Assembly (NCBI GenBank): GCA_049999805.1
Contig: JBNGIO010006185.1
Span: 34,170 to 98,169 of the forward strand
Direction: 5' to 3'
Length of the DNA stretch: 64,000 bases
Source: Folioceros fuciformis
Taxonomy: Eukaryota
The notes beneath the pieces are model-generated. The model did not search any database. It saw only the letters and a program-made list of their open reading frames with translations, and had not been told where the DNA came from. The first letter of the stretch is position 1, and the number at the start of each line of letters is the position of its first letter. This document shows, one piece after another, positions 26,150 through 38,628 of this stretch. The translations under genes and the position numbers were made by a program.

Positions 26150-26770
26150 AGTAGACTTGAGTATATCAAGTTATATCCTCTATCATGGACTATTTTCTAC
26201 TGAAAAAGAGATGGAAAGTCCCATCTACTCCAAAGATTGGAGGACCAGCCGGAGCAGGGCCAAAGTCTAAAAGGGGTACTAGCTCCTTCGAACATCATTC
26301 TCAAAAACTATCTACTACTCCCAAAATGTCATGATGTGGAAAAACAAAAGGCCTACCTACCATCGGTGCCCAAGAAGCCGCTTGACCTGCACTTGTTGCT
26401 GTTCTAAAAACGGCGTTGGCCAATCCTCTTTATAAGACAATGGATACGCATTGTCGAAAGAAGGTCACCACAAAAGAAAGAGGGAAAACACTATTCCTAT
26501 GACTCTAATAAACCTTGGCGCACTCCCTAATGATCCTTGAAAATTTCTTGCTCATAATCCCATGAGTCTCAAAAGCAAGGGGAATGAAAGTATGTTTGTC
26601 TTGCATGAGACGTTGGTGCTTGCACAACTCTCAGCCGCTCATCCAAGGGGGTTGATGATGATGTGCTCGCAAATCGAATTTCTAATGGGATGCTTAACAA
26701 CCACATAAACATGATTTTCCTAGTGAAAAAAAGATAGACTCTAAGTAAAACTGCATTACACAAAGTAACA
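26150..26770 (-). mobile_element. Second, diverged CRE-like element 3' fragment (REL endonuclease C-terminus plus 3' UTR)
   Basis: Minus translation LCKHQRLMQDKHTFIPLAFETHGIMSKKFSRIIRECAKVY*...VVTFFRQCVSIVL*RGLANAVFRTATS...RPFVFPHHDILGVV aligns colinearly with ORF 17201-17563. Confidence 0.8.
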
Positions 26771-27028
26771 TCTATCTACATAACCATGAACCATGAACAG
26801 CAGCAATAATTTGCATTGCGAAGAGAAACAAAGAAAACAAAAACGAAGACCACGTTTTCTTCCTCAATACCCCCGGTTCTCACCAACACTTCAGCAATAC
26901 CTACACACTGAGGAAATATGTTGGAAAAGTAATTCTGGCATGAAAACTAACGCTTTGAGGGCTCTGTTCATCAATCGAATATTGAATATCCAGCGCGATC
27001 TCTATTTTCGTTGGCATCCGTCCTCCTC

Positions 27029-28145
27029 ATGGCGCCCTCATTGAGGCCTGGAGATGCTGTCTTCTCCACCATGGAGCGGGTGGTATGGGCCGTCTCGTCC
27101 TCAATTTCGTTTTCTGATCTATGTCTCTCCGTCTCAGCTGGGTTGTGCAATGGGCGCTCTTGGTGCCGCCCGTAGAAATGCGTGCCACGGTTGATGGTGG
27201 AACGTGGATTGCTGCAGAATGCCGAGCTGTTTACCTTGACCTACGGTGCGATTGTGAGACAGCTGCTTACAGATTTTGAGGAAGTAGAGGAAGTCAACAA
27301 GCAGCTCGACACAATGTACGCAAGGCTGTGGCAGAAAGGTTGGAAGTTTGATGGACGAGTTAGGGTTCTGAGTTTCTTGCCATGTCTGCAGGGGTTACAA
27401 CATCGGGATTCGGCTAGTAGATGACTTTCTAGCGAAAGCCAACATCTCCAGGTGCACAGACTTCAAGGAGACAGCAGAGGTCATTGCTAAGGTTGATGCC
27501 TGCCCTCGAATGTGCGGAGTGTGCCTGACCTTTCTGTTGCCATCTTCTTCTTTCCGCCATGCATTCTGCTGTCTCAACTGTGACATTCATTTTCCNNNNN
27601 NNNNNNNNNNNNNNNNNNNNNNNNNNNNNNNNNNNNNNNNNNNNNNNNNNNNNNNNNNNNNNNNNNNNNNNNNNNNNNNNNNNNNNNNNNNNNNNAGTGG
27701 TTCCATCTCGGTCTGTGAGGTATCGCTCTTTATGACCATCTGGTTTGCATCTGCAGATCGGCCTGAAGATGTTCCTGGGTGTTGCAGGCACTATCAGCAA
27801 CTGGAACGCTGAGAATACAGAGTGCAGCCTTATTCTGGACGACAATCCCCTGGTCGACTTCGTAGAGTTGCCTGAAACATGCCAGGGGCTGTATTACTGT
27901 AATGTCTTGTGCGGTGTGATAAGAGGAGCTCTCGAAATGGTACGCCATTAACCCACTCTTCTGCCTTGCTGGATTTCGTCTTTGGTTGTAAAAGCGCCAG
28001 GACTGACAGTCTTACTGGGCAGGTCTCTATGCGCACAGAAGTGAAGTTCGTTCGCGATGTTCTGCGAGGTGACGATGCTTATGAGATTCGTTTGAAGCTG
28101 ACGGAACATGTTCCTGAGGAGTACCCATATAAGGACGATGACTAA
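27029..28145 (+). CDS. BET3: TRAPP complex subunit 3; exons 27029-27082, 27218-27315, 27392-27491, 27757-27939, 28023-28145
   Basis: MAPSLRPGDAVFSTMERV-NAELFTLTYGAIVRQLLTD-GYNIGIRLVDDFLAK-DNPLVDFVELP-EEYPYKDDD with canonical GT-AG junctions. The N gap falls in intron 3. Confidence 0.96.
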
Positions 28146-29357
28146 GGTGACGAACCTGCAAGGTACTTGTTTTGTTACATGGACGAACAGACTTCTCAGG
28201 TCAGCTCCATATGGATTCGGCAGCTGACCACACTCAGAGTGAAATAGGCCGTACCAACGTTGTCATCGGTGATGCTATTGCCTTTTCAGCAGGACCGCAT
28301 GAACCGTGGCAACCCTTTTACCCCATCAAGCAAACCTGTAAATTTTGCCAGTGCCCCTGCCTTAGCATCTAGGGACATGCTCAGTTGTGATTCGTCTCAT
28401 GCCTTTCTAACTCACCAGCTCTCCACCACGACTTTTTCCAGTCTGGATGCAGACCCCACAAATCGAGCTATGTGTCCTTCTTATGTCGCGATTCATGAAT
28501 TTATTGGCCGGGGGGCCAGTTGTGAATACATGACATACCAATTGACAGGGTGTTGCCGCCGGAGGGGGCTCTCTGTGGTCCCGCATTGCCAGTTCATCAT
28601 TCGCATCGAACTCTGTGAAGTTGCATTATTGGACCCTTCACTAACTTGGGCTCCAGTCGGCCCTTTCAGCGATCCTGACGAACGTCTTCCAAATGCCACC
28701 AAAATCTGTTGGTCATTGGGGAATAGACAGCACTGGGCCAGTAGACTGAAACTGGTTGTTTCCCACCGCACTAAACTGATAAGAAACGGGTGAAAAATGA
28801 ACCGGGAATTGCATTAGGTCTTAAGTGATGTCGGACATTACCAAGTTGCCAGCTACATTAAGCAGACGGCCCAGAGTGTCGTGTTGCCTGCTCCACCCCT
28901 TACGCTACCCGACTACGCGTCACAGTAGCAGCTGGCTTCCCGCCATGTCAGCTCGCTTCCGCGTGTTCCTCAAGTGAGTACTTGCTGCTCCATTCCCGAT
29001 CCTTTCCGCTTGACCCAGAGGATCTTTCCCACCTCGCCCCACCTGGGTCTCCGCTGCCTCCAAAACCCTCTTCGTCTTGGTCCTCATTGTTCAAGTGTAC
29101 GTCCGTTTTGTGAAATTGTGCGGTTGAGTATCGCACTGGGGGATTTGGGAGTTCGGGACAATTGTGCGGATTTCTACATCGGGCAACGGCAATTTGCAGC
29201 AACAGGGAGCACGGACTACTGGCAACTGCACCTTGAGCAGTGACTACTATTGTGCAGGAGCTGATCTACCACGGCCAAGTCATTCCCAGGCTGCAAGAGC
29301 GGCAATTGACCTCCAGATCCTTTTCCTGACCTTAGGGCAAGGTGCAGGCTTGATAGG

Positions 29358-30632
29358 ATGGGGCAGCAATCTCTCATCTACAGCTTTGTTGCGCGGGGCA
29401 CGGTGGTGCTAGCAGAGTACACTGCCTTCTCGGGGAACTTCAGCACGGTGGCCATACAGTGTCTGCAGAAGCTGCCTAGCAACAATAATAAGTTCACTTA
29501 CACATGCGATCGTCACACTTTCAACTATTTGGTGGAGGAAGGGTTTAGTATGTTGCCTTGCCCTGTTGTTGCATGTTGTTCCTTTTCTCCTCAGAGTTCT
29601 TGCCCTGTCGCGCGTTGGTCCTTTTGTCTTCAGAGTTCTTGCCCTGTCACATGTTGTTCCTATGGTCCTCAGAGTTTAAGATTATCACTGATGACGCAGA
29701 AGGGGGATATGGTGATTGCGTGCGGGGAGCTGGCTGGTGATAAGTTTGAGTTTTGGTTGTGCAGCCTATCTGGTGGTGGCAGACGAAGAGTGCGGAAGGG
29801 CGATACCTTTTGCTTTCTTGGAGCGAATCAAGGAGGACTTCACTCGTGAATATGGCGGGGGAAGGGCTGACACTGCTATTGCCCACAGTCTGGACAAGGA
29901 ATTTGGGTATATATGACTGCATCGCAATGATCTGGCTGACGCTCACCAGCCTAGTCGGTTTTTACTCACGCTTGCATGCTTTGTTTTTGTCAGCCGGAGA
30001 TTGAAAGACCACATGCAGTATTGTATTGATCATCCAGAGGAGATGGTCAAGCTTTCGAAGATCAAAGCACAGGTCTCAGAAGTCAAGGGTTTGATGCAAG
30101 ACAACATTGAGAAGGTGAGTAACGGTCGTGCTGTAACCTACACTGCTGCTTTACTGTCAATCGTTGCCATTCAACCTCTGCTCTCATTTCGTGGCTGAAG
30201 TTGCATCGAGTCTGTCTTCATTGAAACCTAACTTTGCTTCCGGGTGAAAAGGTATTGGATAGGGGAGAAAAAATTGAGCTGCTGGTTGACAAGACGGAGA
30301 ATCTCCGTTTTCAGGTTAGTGTCGGGTTTGTTGTTTCTTAAAATACAGCCGTCTTTTACGCACACCAAATGTGTGTGGCAGATGATGTCCAGTTGTGGAG
30401 CATTTTGTTACAGAGGAGAGTCTGTACGTTGCTGCATCCCTGTCTTTCGTAAAGCTTACACAGTGCGGTCTGTCGTCCGCAGGCTGACAACTTCCAAAGG
30501 CAGGGTAGGCAGCTTCGACGGAAGTTATGGTTTCAGAACATGAAGGTGAAGCTTATTGTGGTAGCCATTATCATTGTCCTCGCCCTCATAATCTGGCTCT
30601 CCATTTGCCGTGGCTTCACATGCAAAAAATAA
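29358..30632 (+). CDS. VAMP72: R-SNARE VAMP72 (VAMP721/722-like longin SNARE), 5 exons
   Basis: [28 protein letters not shown]...[35 protein letters not shown]...[37 protein letters not shown]. Confidence 0.96.
29558..29678. repeat. About 39-42-bp tandem repeat x3 in VAMP72 intron 1
   Basis: ttgccctgt...cctcagagtt occurs three times. Confidence 0.75.
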
Positions 30633-31327
30633 GTGAGGTCGTCTTCCTGGACGAGTCCTGTGTTCTCCTCTTTTTATAACAAGACAAAGTCAGAGATGGC
30701 CGGGCACAAGCGGAAGCAAGCACCACCGGGAAACAAGCTGCAGCAAGTCATTACCAATGTTTGTCACACTCATTCTGAAAGTCTTTGCTGTTGTGCGCGA
30801 GTGCCATTTCCAGGCTTTGTTAGGAACACGAGTACTCCTAGTGTTTTTGTTTTGCCCGGGAGCCCCTTGGTACTTAGCAGTAGAGAACATACCATTGCGT
30901 GATTCGTAGTTAATGCACCTTACTTGGGTGAATCCAGAGGCAAATCTGTGTTGCAGACGCTACTGTGGAAGGCTGTGTAGTTTTGGTAGAGGTAGGTGTA
31001 TTGTCTACTGCTAGACTATCGCACTTAATATTACTTGTAAATAATGCCCCATTTTGTATGGCATTGGAAAGAAAGGAAACTGTGCTGGCGTTTTGGAAGC
31101 GTGGACAGTTTGTTCTAAAGCGCGGGAAAAGAGCACAATTCAAATGAGTTTCGGTGGAAACGAAGTTTGTTTCTCATCCTTCCCCGCAGATGTGCTCTCG
31201 CCGAGGGTCCGGGACAGATTTGAATTTTACGGATGATTCGTTCCTTCCAGTGATCTCTCAGCCCAAATGACAGGCGCTTGAAGAATTCAGGAAGCGTTGA
31301 GCTCGAGGCAAGCTGGTCCACTCAGCG

Positions 31328-34300
31328 ATGGAAGGCCTATCTGTGGTTTGCGGCGGGCTAGGAGCGTACAAAACGAATATTGACGGCGGTGGAAGCTATG
31401 TGAAAGGAGAAGATTGCCTGGGTACTATTGGGGGCAGGAGGGTCATGTTGGGTCGTTGGAACATAGTGAGTTTGAGCATTTGTTGGGCTGTAGCTGATTT
31501 CCTTCTTCCTCTGTTGCGGGACAGAAAATTTGAAGGATTTGCAACGCTACATGCGCCGTGATCATCCGGAGTCGCGTGAGGTCTTTTTCGAGCTGGGAAA
31601 GTGGAATATTGTTCGGCACGATCTGGTCCCGATCATCTTGACTTACCGTGCTGACAACGAGCTTGTTCTGAATGCGTGTGGGTGGGCCAGACCGGTGTCT
31701 CTCTGCTGTGTCACGTCTACCTGATGTGTTTGTGAATGCGACCATCTGAGTGACATGGGTTTCTTGTCCTCTGGTTTGGGGTGACAGTGAAGGTGATTGT
31801 GTTTTTGACCATGCCTGTCGAGCCCACGTCCACCAATCTGCCTCTGCAATACGAGTATCTGCGAGGCTTCAAAGATGCTTTCTTGGAGCAGGATGCGATC
31901 GGTGTCATCGTCACTCAGTTAGAGAAGCCACTTGAGCATCTGGAGAGGTGGAACTCGTAGGGCATGGTTTTGTGTGCTTGTGCAGAAGCTGCATCACGGG
32001 AGGTTTTTCACACTCGGCTGTTGTCTCTTGCAGTAGAGCCACTACGGAAGATGACTGGAAACTTGTGCAGCTCATGCTGACGCTGTTCAGGAATCTCTTG
32101 TTCGTGGGCGACCCTCCTCGGCAAACAGGAGCTGCTGCAACTGTGATTCCCTGCTTTAAGGATGAGCTGGTGCTGAGGCTCTTCCGTGAGAGTGTGATGG
32201 ATCTGTTGCTGGCTTTGGTGCAACACATGGGTGGAAGCAGAGCTTTCCTCAGACATGAGAACTTGCTCATGGTCGAAATCTTTCACTACATTTTTTGGGC
32301 CCAGCAGCCTGAGCTAGTTGCTGCCGCATCAGAGAAGGTAACAGGGCTTGCGATTGTGAGCTGGTTTCCAGGGCTGGTCAACAGTGGTGAAGCTAACTGC
32401 AGCCACGACATCACCTGCAGGAACAGAGACTGGCCAGCAGTTCGTCAGATATTCTCCGTGCCTTGCGGGAGAAGGAAAAAGAGGAGAGGAGGAGGCGGAA
32501 CATTCAAAAGCTTTCTCGTCATGCCAGATTTGAAGGGACGTACACTAAAGTTGGTCAGGTATTTTCGTCATCGTCTGAGGCACCTTGCCATAGTCGCCTG
32601 GCTTTTGCTTGCACGTGCTGAAGTCCCGACATGGCTTGACAACAACAGGATGGCTCCAAGAGTGTAGTATCACAGAATCCCTTCCAGTCCCCACTTGAGA
32701 GCATGTTGAGGAAGCCGCAAATCAAGCGGGGCCCAGTGAAACGCATCGCGCAAGATGTGCACAAAGCAGGAACATGCAGCACAGAGCTGCTCGTGTTTCT
32801 GAAGGACCTGGCTGATCAGTTTCTGGACAGTGGATATAACAGTACGTGTCGACCTGAGTTGAAGCTGTTTGGGCACGTGGTGTGCACTCTCGGCTATGTT
32901 CTGAGTTTCGTAGCACAGTCCTGATGCAGGCAGTGAAGGAAGACATTAGAAGAGAACGCCCAGGCCTGCATGCTGCAGACTTTCTTCACTTTTTTCATGT
33001 TGCTGAGTTTTTCACATCCTACCAACACCACAAGTTTGCCCGCATTCTGGTACTATCACTCTGTTTACCTCTTTCTTTCAACTTACTTGCTGGTGTGGGT
33101 CGTGCATTTATTTAGAGCCTGCATCAGTTCCAGTGTCTTCTTGCTTGGCTGATGACATAACTGAAACTACGGTGCAGGAGATGACAATCAATGCCGCTTC
33201 TGACGTCAAGACGCCTGATGTCAAAGGGCGTCGTTGTGGGCCTATCGCCTCGACTATGGATGAGGACATGTTCACTTTGGTCATATCCAAGTGGAATGAG
33301 TATGCGGATTCTGCAAAGCAGACTAACAACTGGGAAGCCCTGCACTGTGCTGGAGCTTTATTGAAGGGCATGGTGAGCTGTGGTTGGGATTCTGAAAGTG
33401 TGAGATTCCTGCCTTTGTGAAAGGATCACTGACCTCAACCTTCGTTGTGCGAGGATATACAGATCCACATGTTGAACAATGTTCTCAAGACTGCAGATCG
33501 TGAGACTAAAGAGGGGCAGCAGGAAACTCGTGTGGCGCGAATTCTCTTGTACAAGGTCTTCTATGATCAAACTGAAAACGGCATTTTGAACTTCCTCCTC
33601 CAGCTCGTCAAATCATTTGATATCCACAAACAACCTCGCAGGTCAGACACCGTCACTTTGCATCATCTAAGCAGACATCTTCTAAGCATGTATAGGTGAA
33701 TATGACACGTTGTGTTCTCATCCTCTGCTCACAATGGGTGCAGACATTTGACAGACTTGGTAGAGACATCTCATGTCGTCCTAGAGCTGCTCGAAGGCCT
33801 GACCGAGGAAGATGGCGCCATGCGGGTAAGATCTTGTATGGGTGGCGTGTATGCTAGATGCTCTGTTTCTGTACCTTCCACTTAACGCAATTGGTATTTC
33901 CGATTGTAAGAAAGCTACTCTTGGGCGGTTAGAACGCTGGAATAACGCTGTGCTTGCCCCAGGTACTTACAAAAGCACGAAACGGTGGAGGCAGAAAAAA
34001 GAAGCAAGCTCAAGCAGCTGACATGGAAGAAGCTCAACCTCCTGAAAATCCCACTCATCCGGATGACAATGCAACAGGTGTTTCAGCCGCAGAGGAGAGC
34101 TTGATTGAAGGTGCCAGACTGAGCACTGGTGAAAATTGTGAGCCAACACTGCAGGGTTCGGATAACATGGGATCCGACAGGTCTGACAGGGTCATAGGTA
34201 CTGAGGACTGCAGTCTAACCACATCCGAGAATGTCGGACCAATTGAGGCTGAAGAACAGCAACCGAAGGTGAAGGAGGTGAGCTTGGACATCAGGAAGTA

Positions 34301-36057
34301 TGCAGGAAAGTTCGCAGACAACACGGTCATCCGAAACTACTGCTGGTTGCTGTCTTACTACAAGGAAAACTCTATTGCAACAAACCAACAGATAGTGCGC
34401 ATGCTGGAGAGGATCAGCGATGACTGTGTTCTTGAGCCTCTGCTCTATCAGGTGCAAAACGTTCCTGTTGCTGTCATGAGGTCTATTCGTGACCTCGGTT
34501 GTCTGATATATTGGCTCACATGGCATTTTTTCCTGGATCCGTGTGGCAGATTTCTTTGTTGAAGATCTTCCATGTGATCCTTTCAGATAAGTATTTTCAA
34601 ACTGCGGAAGAGCATCGACCTCTTTGCAATTTTCTGACCAAGGTCGTCAGAAACATGTTCAAAAGGATAAAGTCGCAGCCCTTGTTGTTCGTGGAGCTGC
34701 TGTTCTGGAAGACTAGACGAGAATGTCACAACATAACTGCGGATTACATGCTCTCCAAATTAGCAGATGGGACCAAGAGCCATGCCAAGAGAGGACATGC
34801 AGCTTATGATGCGTTGGGGGATGACGAGCCAGATGTGGTACCTGGAGTCAAGGAGGCAGGTCCTAGCAAAAGAAGGAGGACAGCCATGGAGGATGCTCTG
34901 GGCGAAGATGAATACGACGAGAGACCTGCAGAGGAGGTTGGTCGTCCTGAAGACCCTCCTGCTGACGGTTTCGGCGACGATGGACCTGGGCCTGCACCCC
35001 TTCAGCAGTATGCTGCCGAACTCTGCACCCTCTCTTTCTCACTGGTGCTTCCAAATCGGCACTGATGATTCAACTCTTGCAGGGAGGATGCCCACGCAAA
35101 CGTGACGCTCAAACGGCTTCAAAGGAGACCAAAAGCAGGGCCTTTCAACGACCAGCAAGAAGACAGAATAAAGGAGCTATTCGAGCAGTAACACTCTAAA
35201 CTCCCGCACCGACCTCGCCCTGTCTGGGAAATGCTCAGCAACCCATCAATTTCATCCCACGCACAGCGTGACAAGCGTCATGTGTGTGCAGATTCAAGGA
35301 CAAGCGCAGCTGCCTGAAACTCATAGCGGAAGCACTAGATTCCCCGGGAACCTTCTCAGCAGCCCAAATAGGACGCAAGCTCAAGCAGCTGGGAATCCAA
35401 CGTGGCACCAGACCAAGCACGGCACAGGACACGGACAACGACATTCCTCGACCTCCCAGGGAGCGAGGCCGGAAAGTGCTCGGCAAGAGAAGTGCGGAGG
35501 CCATCAGAAAGCTAGCATCAGCTGACGACCCAGCTACCGTCTCCGATGACGACGTTCCCCTTTCCACCATCCGAAAGAAGCAAAGCCTAGGACAAGCTCC
35601 GGATTCCAAGACAAGATCTCCAACAGAAGTTGACTACGACGACGAGGACGAGGACGAAGTACCTCTCTTCCGCAGACGGACTCAGTTGCATCCTCAGTCC
35701 TCAACCGCCACCGCCGAAGCAAGTGGAGAAGAAGGCCATGGCAGCCCCAAACCACCAGGCCTGCAAGACGGGAACCAGTCAGAGGATGTCCCTGAAACCA
35801 TGTGCCCCTCCCTCCGCCCATCCTGTGGCCTCTCAGCAAGGAAGAAGCGATCAGCACCGAGCTCCAGCACAACGACGCCGGACCCTAACCGAAAACCGGC
35901 GTCGCCAGATCCCATTTCGACTGACCAGGACACTCGTCAACCGCCAGCTGGAGCGGGAAGCAACAATGCTCTGCACTCGGAAGCTTCACCACCGGATCCT
36001 CCGAAGCGCCGGAGGTTGGCAAAGAAGACCGCACTAACAGACGTATCATCGCACTAA
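31328..36057 (+). CDS. TIM: TIMELESS / Tof1 replication-fork-protection protein; multi-exon
   Basis: YVKGEDCL-NLKDLQRYMRRD, LGKWNIVRHDLVPII, KVIVFLTMP, QLMLTLFRNLL, RHARFEGTY, DQFLDSGYN, ARILLYKVFYDQTE, FDIHKQPR, YCWLLSYYKENS, QPLLFVELLFWK, plus an acidic/basic C-terminal tail. Confidence 0.93.
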
Positions 36058-36955
36058 CAGACGTATCACCACATTTCTCACAAATCTAATCTCGCCATAA
36101 CCAATCTCTCGGATTCTGTAGAAGGATCCGCAGCAAGACTTCCCCGCTGCCCTCCCTGTAACTACTTCTCGCAGAAAATGTGACTTGGCGTGTACGGTAG
36201 TGGAGGACATTCCAATGCGAGGCGAATTAAATTCGCATCGGAAAGTCGGGACAGGCTGCAACCTTCTAGAACGTGAGGGGAATTCGTGAATCGCGACACG
36301 TCTCCTGACCCCGGGGGGCGAGGCGAGAGGGGCGGGGCGGGGCGTCGAGCATGCGCAGCAGTCGGTGTGGGTGTGGGGCGAGGACACCAACCACAGGGAG
36401 GGGCGGCCCGGCGCTCCGCCCCCCCGCGCCCCTGACCTCTGAGCGCACGTGGAGCAACAGCCCGCTCCAGTGAAGACTCCAGGTCCGGGCGTTCCTGCAC
36501 AAGGATTTGGGAGATCCGGGAGGGAGGTGGGGGCCCGCCCGTCGGGACGGGACTTGCACTGGCTCTTTCGCGCTGGGCTGCTGGCGAGCTTCAGGCCTCA
36601 GGCCTCTTTATTACTGGCTTCTAACTCCTCCGCTGCAACCTCACGCTGGGGTCCATTATCAGCCACTCCCTGGCGAGCCCGCCCGAAAGGGACGAAAATC
36701 CGAAGGCTGCAACACGTACTCATACCCACTGCTCCTTCCTGACATGCTTCGAGCCCGCTTCCCTCTGTCGCGTGCCACCAGTGCCCACTGACTCTGACTT
36801 GGGACGTCATCGTCGTATTTCTTCTGCCTTTGTGTGGCATTTGTGTCACCAGCCACGCCTGCGCTGCTCCTCCTGCTCTCCGCGCGGAACACGCTAGATT
36901 GGGACGGGGAGAGGGTTTGGTTTGCATTCTTGCATCGGCAGTGTTGGAATTGGGA

Positions 36956-38628
36956 ATGCCGCCTTACCAGGCCCTGGAGGCGTACACAGACTTCAGCTTT
37001 CTGGAGACGGGAGAGTGGGAGGGGAAGGGGAAGGGGACGGGGAAAGGGAAAGGGAAAGGGAAGGAGGAAGCTGAGCATGGAGACGGAGGTGACGCCGGGT
37101 TCACATTGGATGACTTCGCCCCGTTGCGGATGGTCGGGAACGGGGATATGGGGACGGTGTACCTGGTGACGCGGGTGGACACGAAGGAGCCCTTCGCGAT
37201 GAAGGTGATGCGGAAGGAGGTGCTCAAGGCCCGGGACACCGCCTTCCGAGCGGACATGGAGCGGGATATCCTGGCCTCCCTCGACCACCCCTTCCTCCCC
37301 ACCCTGTACGCCGACTTCGAGACGGAGCGGCATCGCTTCCTCGTCATGGACTATGCATGCGGAGGCGATCTCAACGGCTTGAGGCATCGGCAGGGGGACA
37401 AGCTCTTCTCACCGGCCGCAGCGAGGTGAGTGACGAAATGTTCTCGCTTTACGACTCTCGTGTGTTTTTCTCGTTTGCTGGAAAGGAAATGAGGTGGTTT
37501 GTTGCAAGGTGCGGGTGAGTGGAACGCAGCATTGCTGATGGATACGGGATAATTGGATGTTCCAGATTCTATGCGTGCGAGGTGGTGTTAGCGATGGAGT
37601 ACTTGCATTCCAAGGGCGTGATTTACCGGGACCTGAAGCCGGAGAACATTCTCATCAAGGAGGACGGGCACATCATGCTTGCGGATTTTGATCTCTCGGC
37701 CCGGGAGGTGGGAGACAAGTACGTGACGAGAGCGGTGGTGGTGGACGAGGAGCCTCGTCGGCCGAGGAGGAAGGGGAGAGGGCTGCGGGCCATCTTCGCC
37801 TGTGCGGCTCCGACTCCGAGGCGGCCGAGGTCGAGGTCGGGTGGGAAGAATGCCACGAACGGCAATGGCATTGCGCGAGTGACGCCCTTGGAGGTCCTGA
37901 CAGAGCGGCAGAAGGCTCAGAAGGAGCAGGGGAGGACGCATTCTTTTGTCGGGACGGAGGAATATGTTGCCCCGGAGATTGTGTGGGGAACGGGGCATGG
38001 GAAGGCGGTGGATTGGTGGACGTTGGGGATTCTCATCTACGAAATGGTGTGTGGGAAGAGTCCGTTTAAGGGAGAGAACAGGAAGAGCACGTTTGTGAAC
38101 ATTATCTGCAAGGACGTGGCGATGCCGGGTCCCCCGGGCCCCCTCAAGGATCTGGTCGAGAGGTTGCTCATCAAGGACCCGACCAGGAGGCTGGGGTCGG
38201 ATAGGGGCGCGGATGACATCAAGAGCCATCCGTTTTTCAGCGGGGTGGATTGGGAGGGCTTGGAGCTTCTGGCCAGGCCTCCGTACGTGCCGGCTCCCTT
38301 CGTGCTGGAGGAGGAAGATGCGCAGAGAAAGAAACGAGCGGGCGTGCAGGTGGAGAACGCAGTCGAGAGCCGGGATGACGAGTGCGCAAGTGGATCTGAA
38401 GCCGTTGCGTCTCCAAGTAGGGTTTTGGAGGACATGCATTTAGCCGTATTGGAGCACGGTGGTAGCGTGCGTGTTCCGGATGGTGTGCAGTTGGAGATGG
38501 ACAGCACGAGCTCGTCCAGTCAAGGTTCGAGGTTTTTTGAGCTTTCTGGGCGGGATTTGGGGCTTGGCGGGGAGGAGGAAGACGAGGAGGAGGAGGAAGT
38601 GAGTAATGTGTTTGACGATACGTTTTAG
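36956..38628 (+). CDS. AGCVIII Ser/Thr kinase, AGC2 (OXI1/UNICORN)-like; exons 36956-37425 and 37566-38628
   Basis: GNGDMGTVYLV, FAMKVM, HPFLPTLY, IYRDLKPEN, plant AGCVIII DFD motif with a basic insert, SFVGTEEYVAPE, GHGKAVDWWTLG, C-terminal FDDTF (FxxF-type motif). The subgroup is inferred from GTEEY and an apparently short N-terminus. Confidence 0.92.

Noticed and set aside
4909..30632. MIP2, BET3 and VAMP72 as a functional membrane-trafficking gene cluster
   Set aside because: They act at different trafficking steps and are separated by a SABATH gene and a TE block. Chance proximity in a gene-dense genome is sufficient without synteny data.
37019..37068. GGGAAG/GGGAAA purine repeat as a separate element
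   Set aside because: It is in frame in the kinase N-terminus (GKGKGTGKGKGKGK) and is low-complexity coding sequence.
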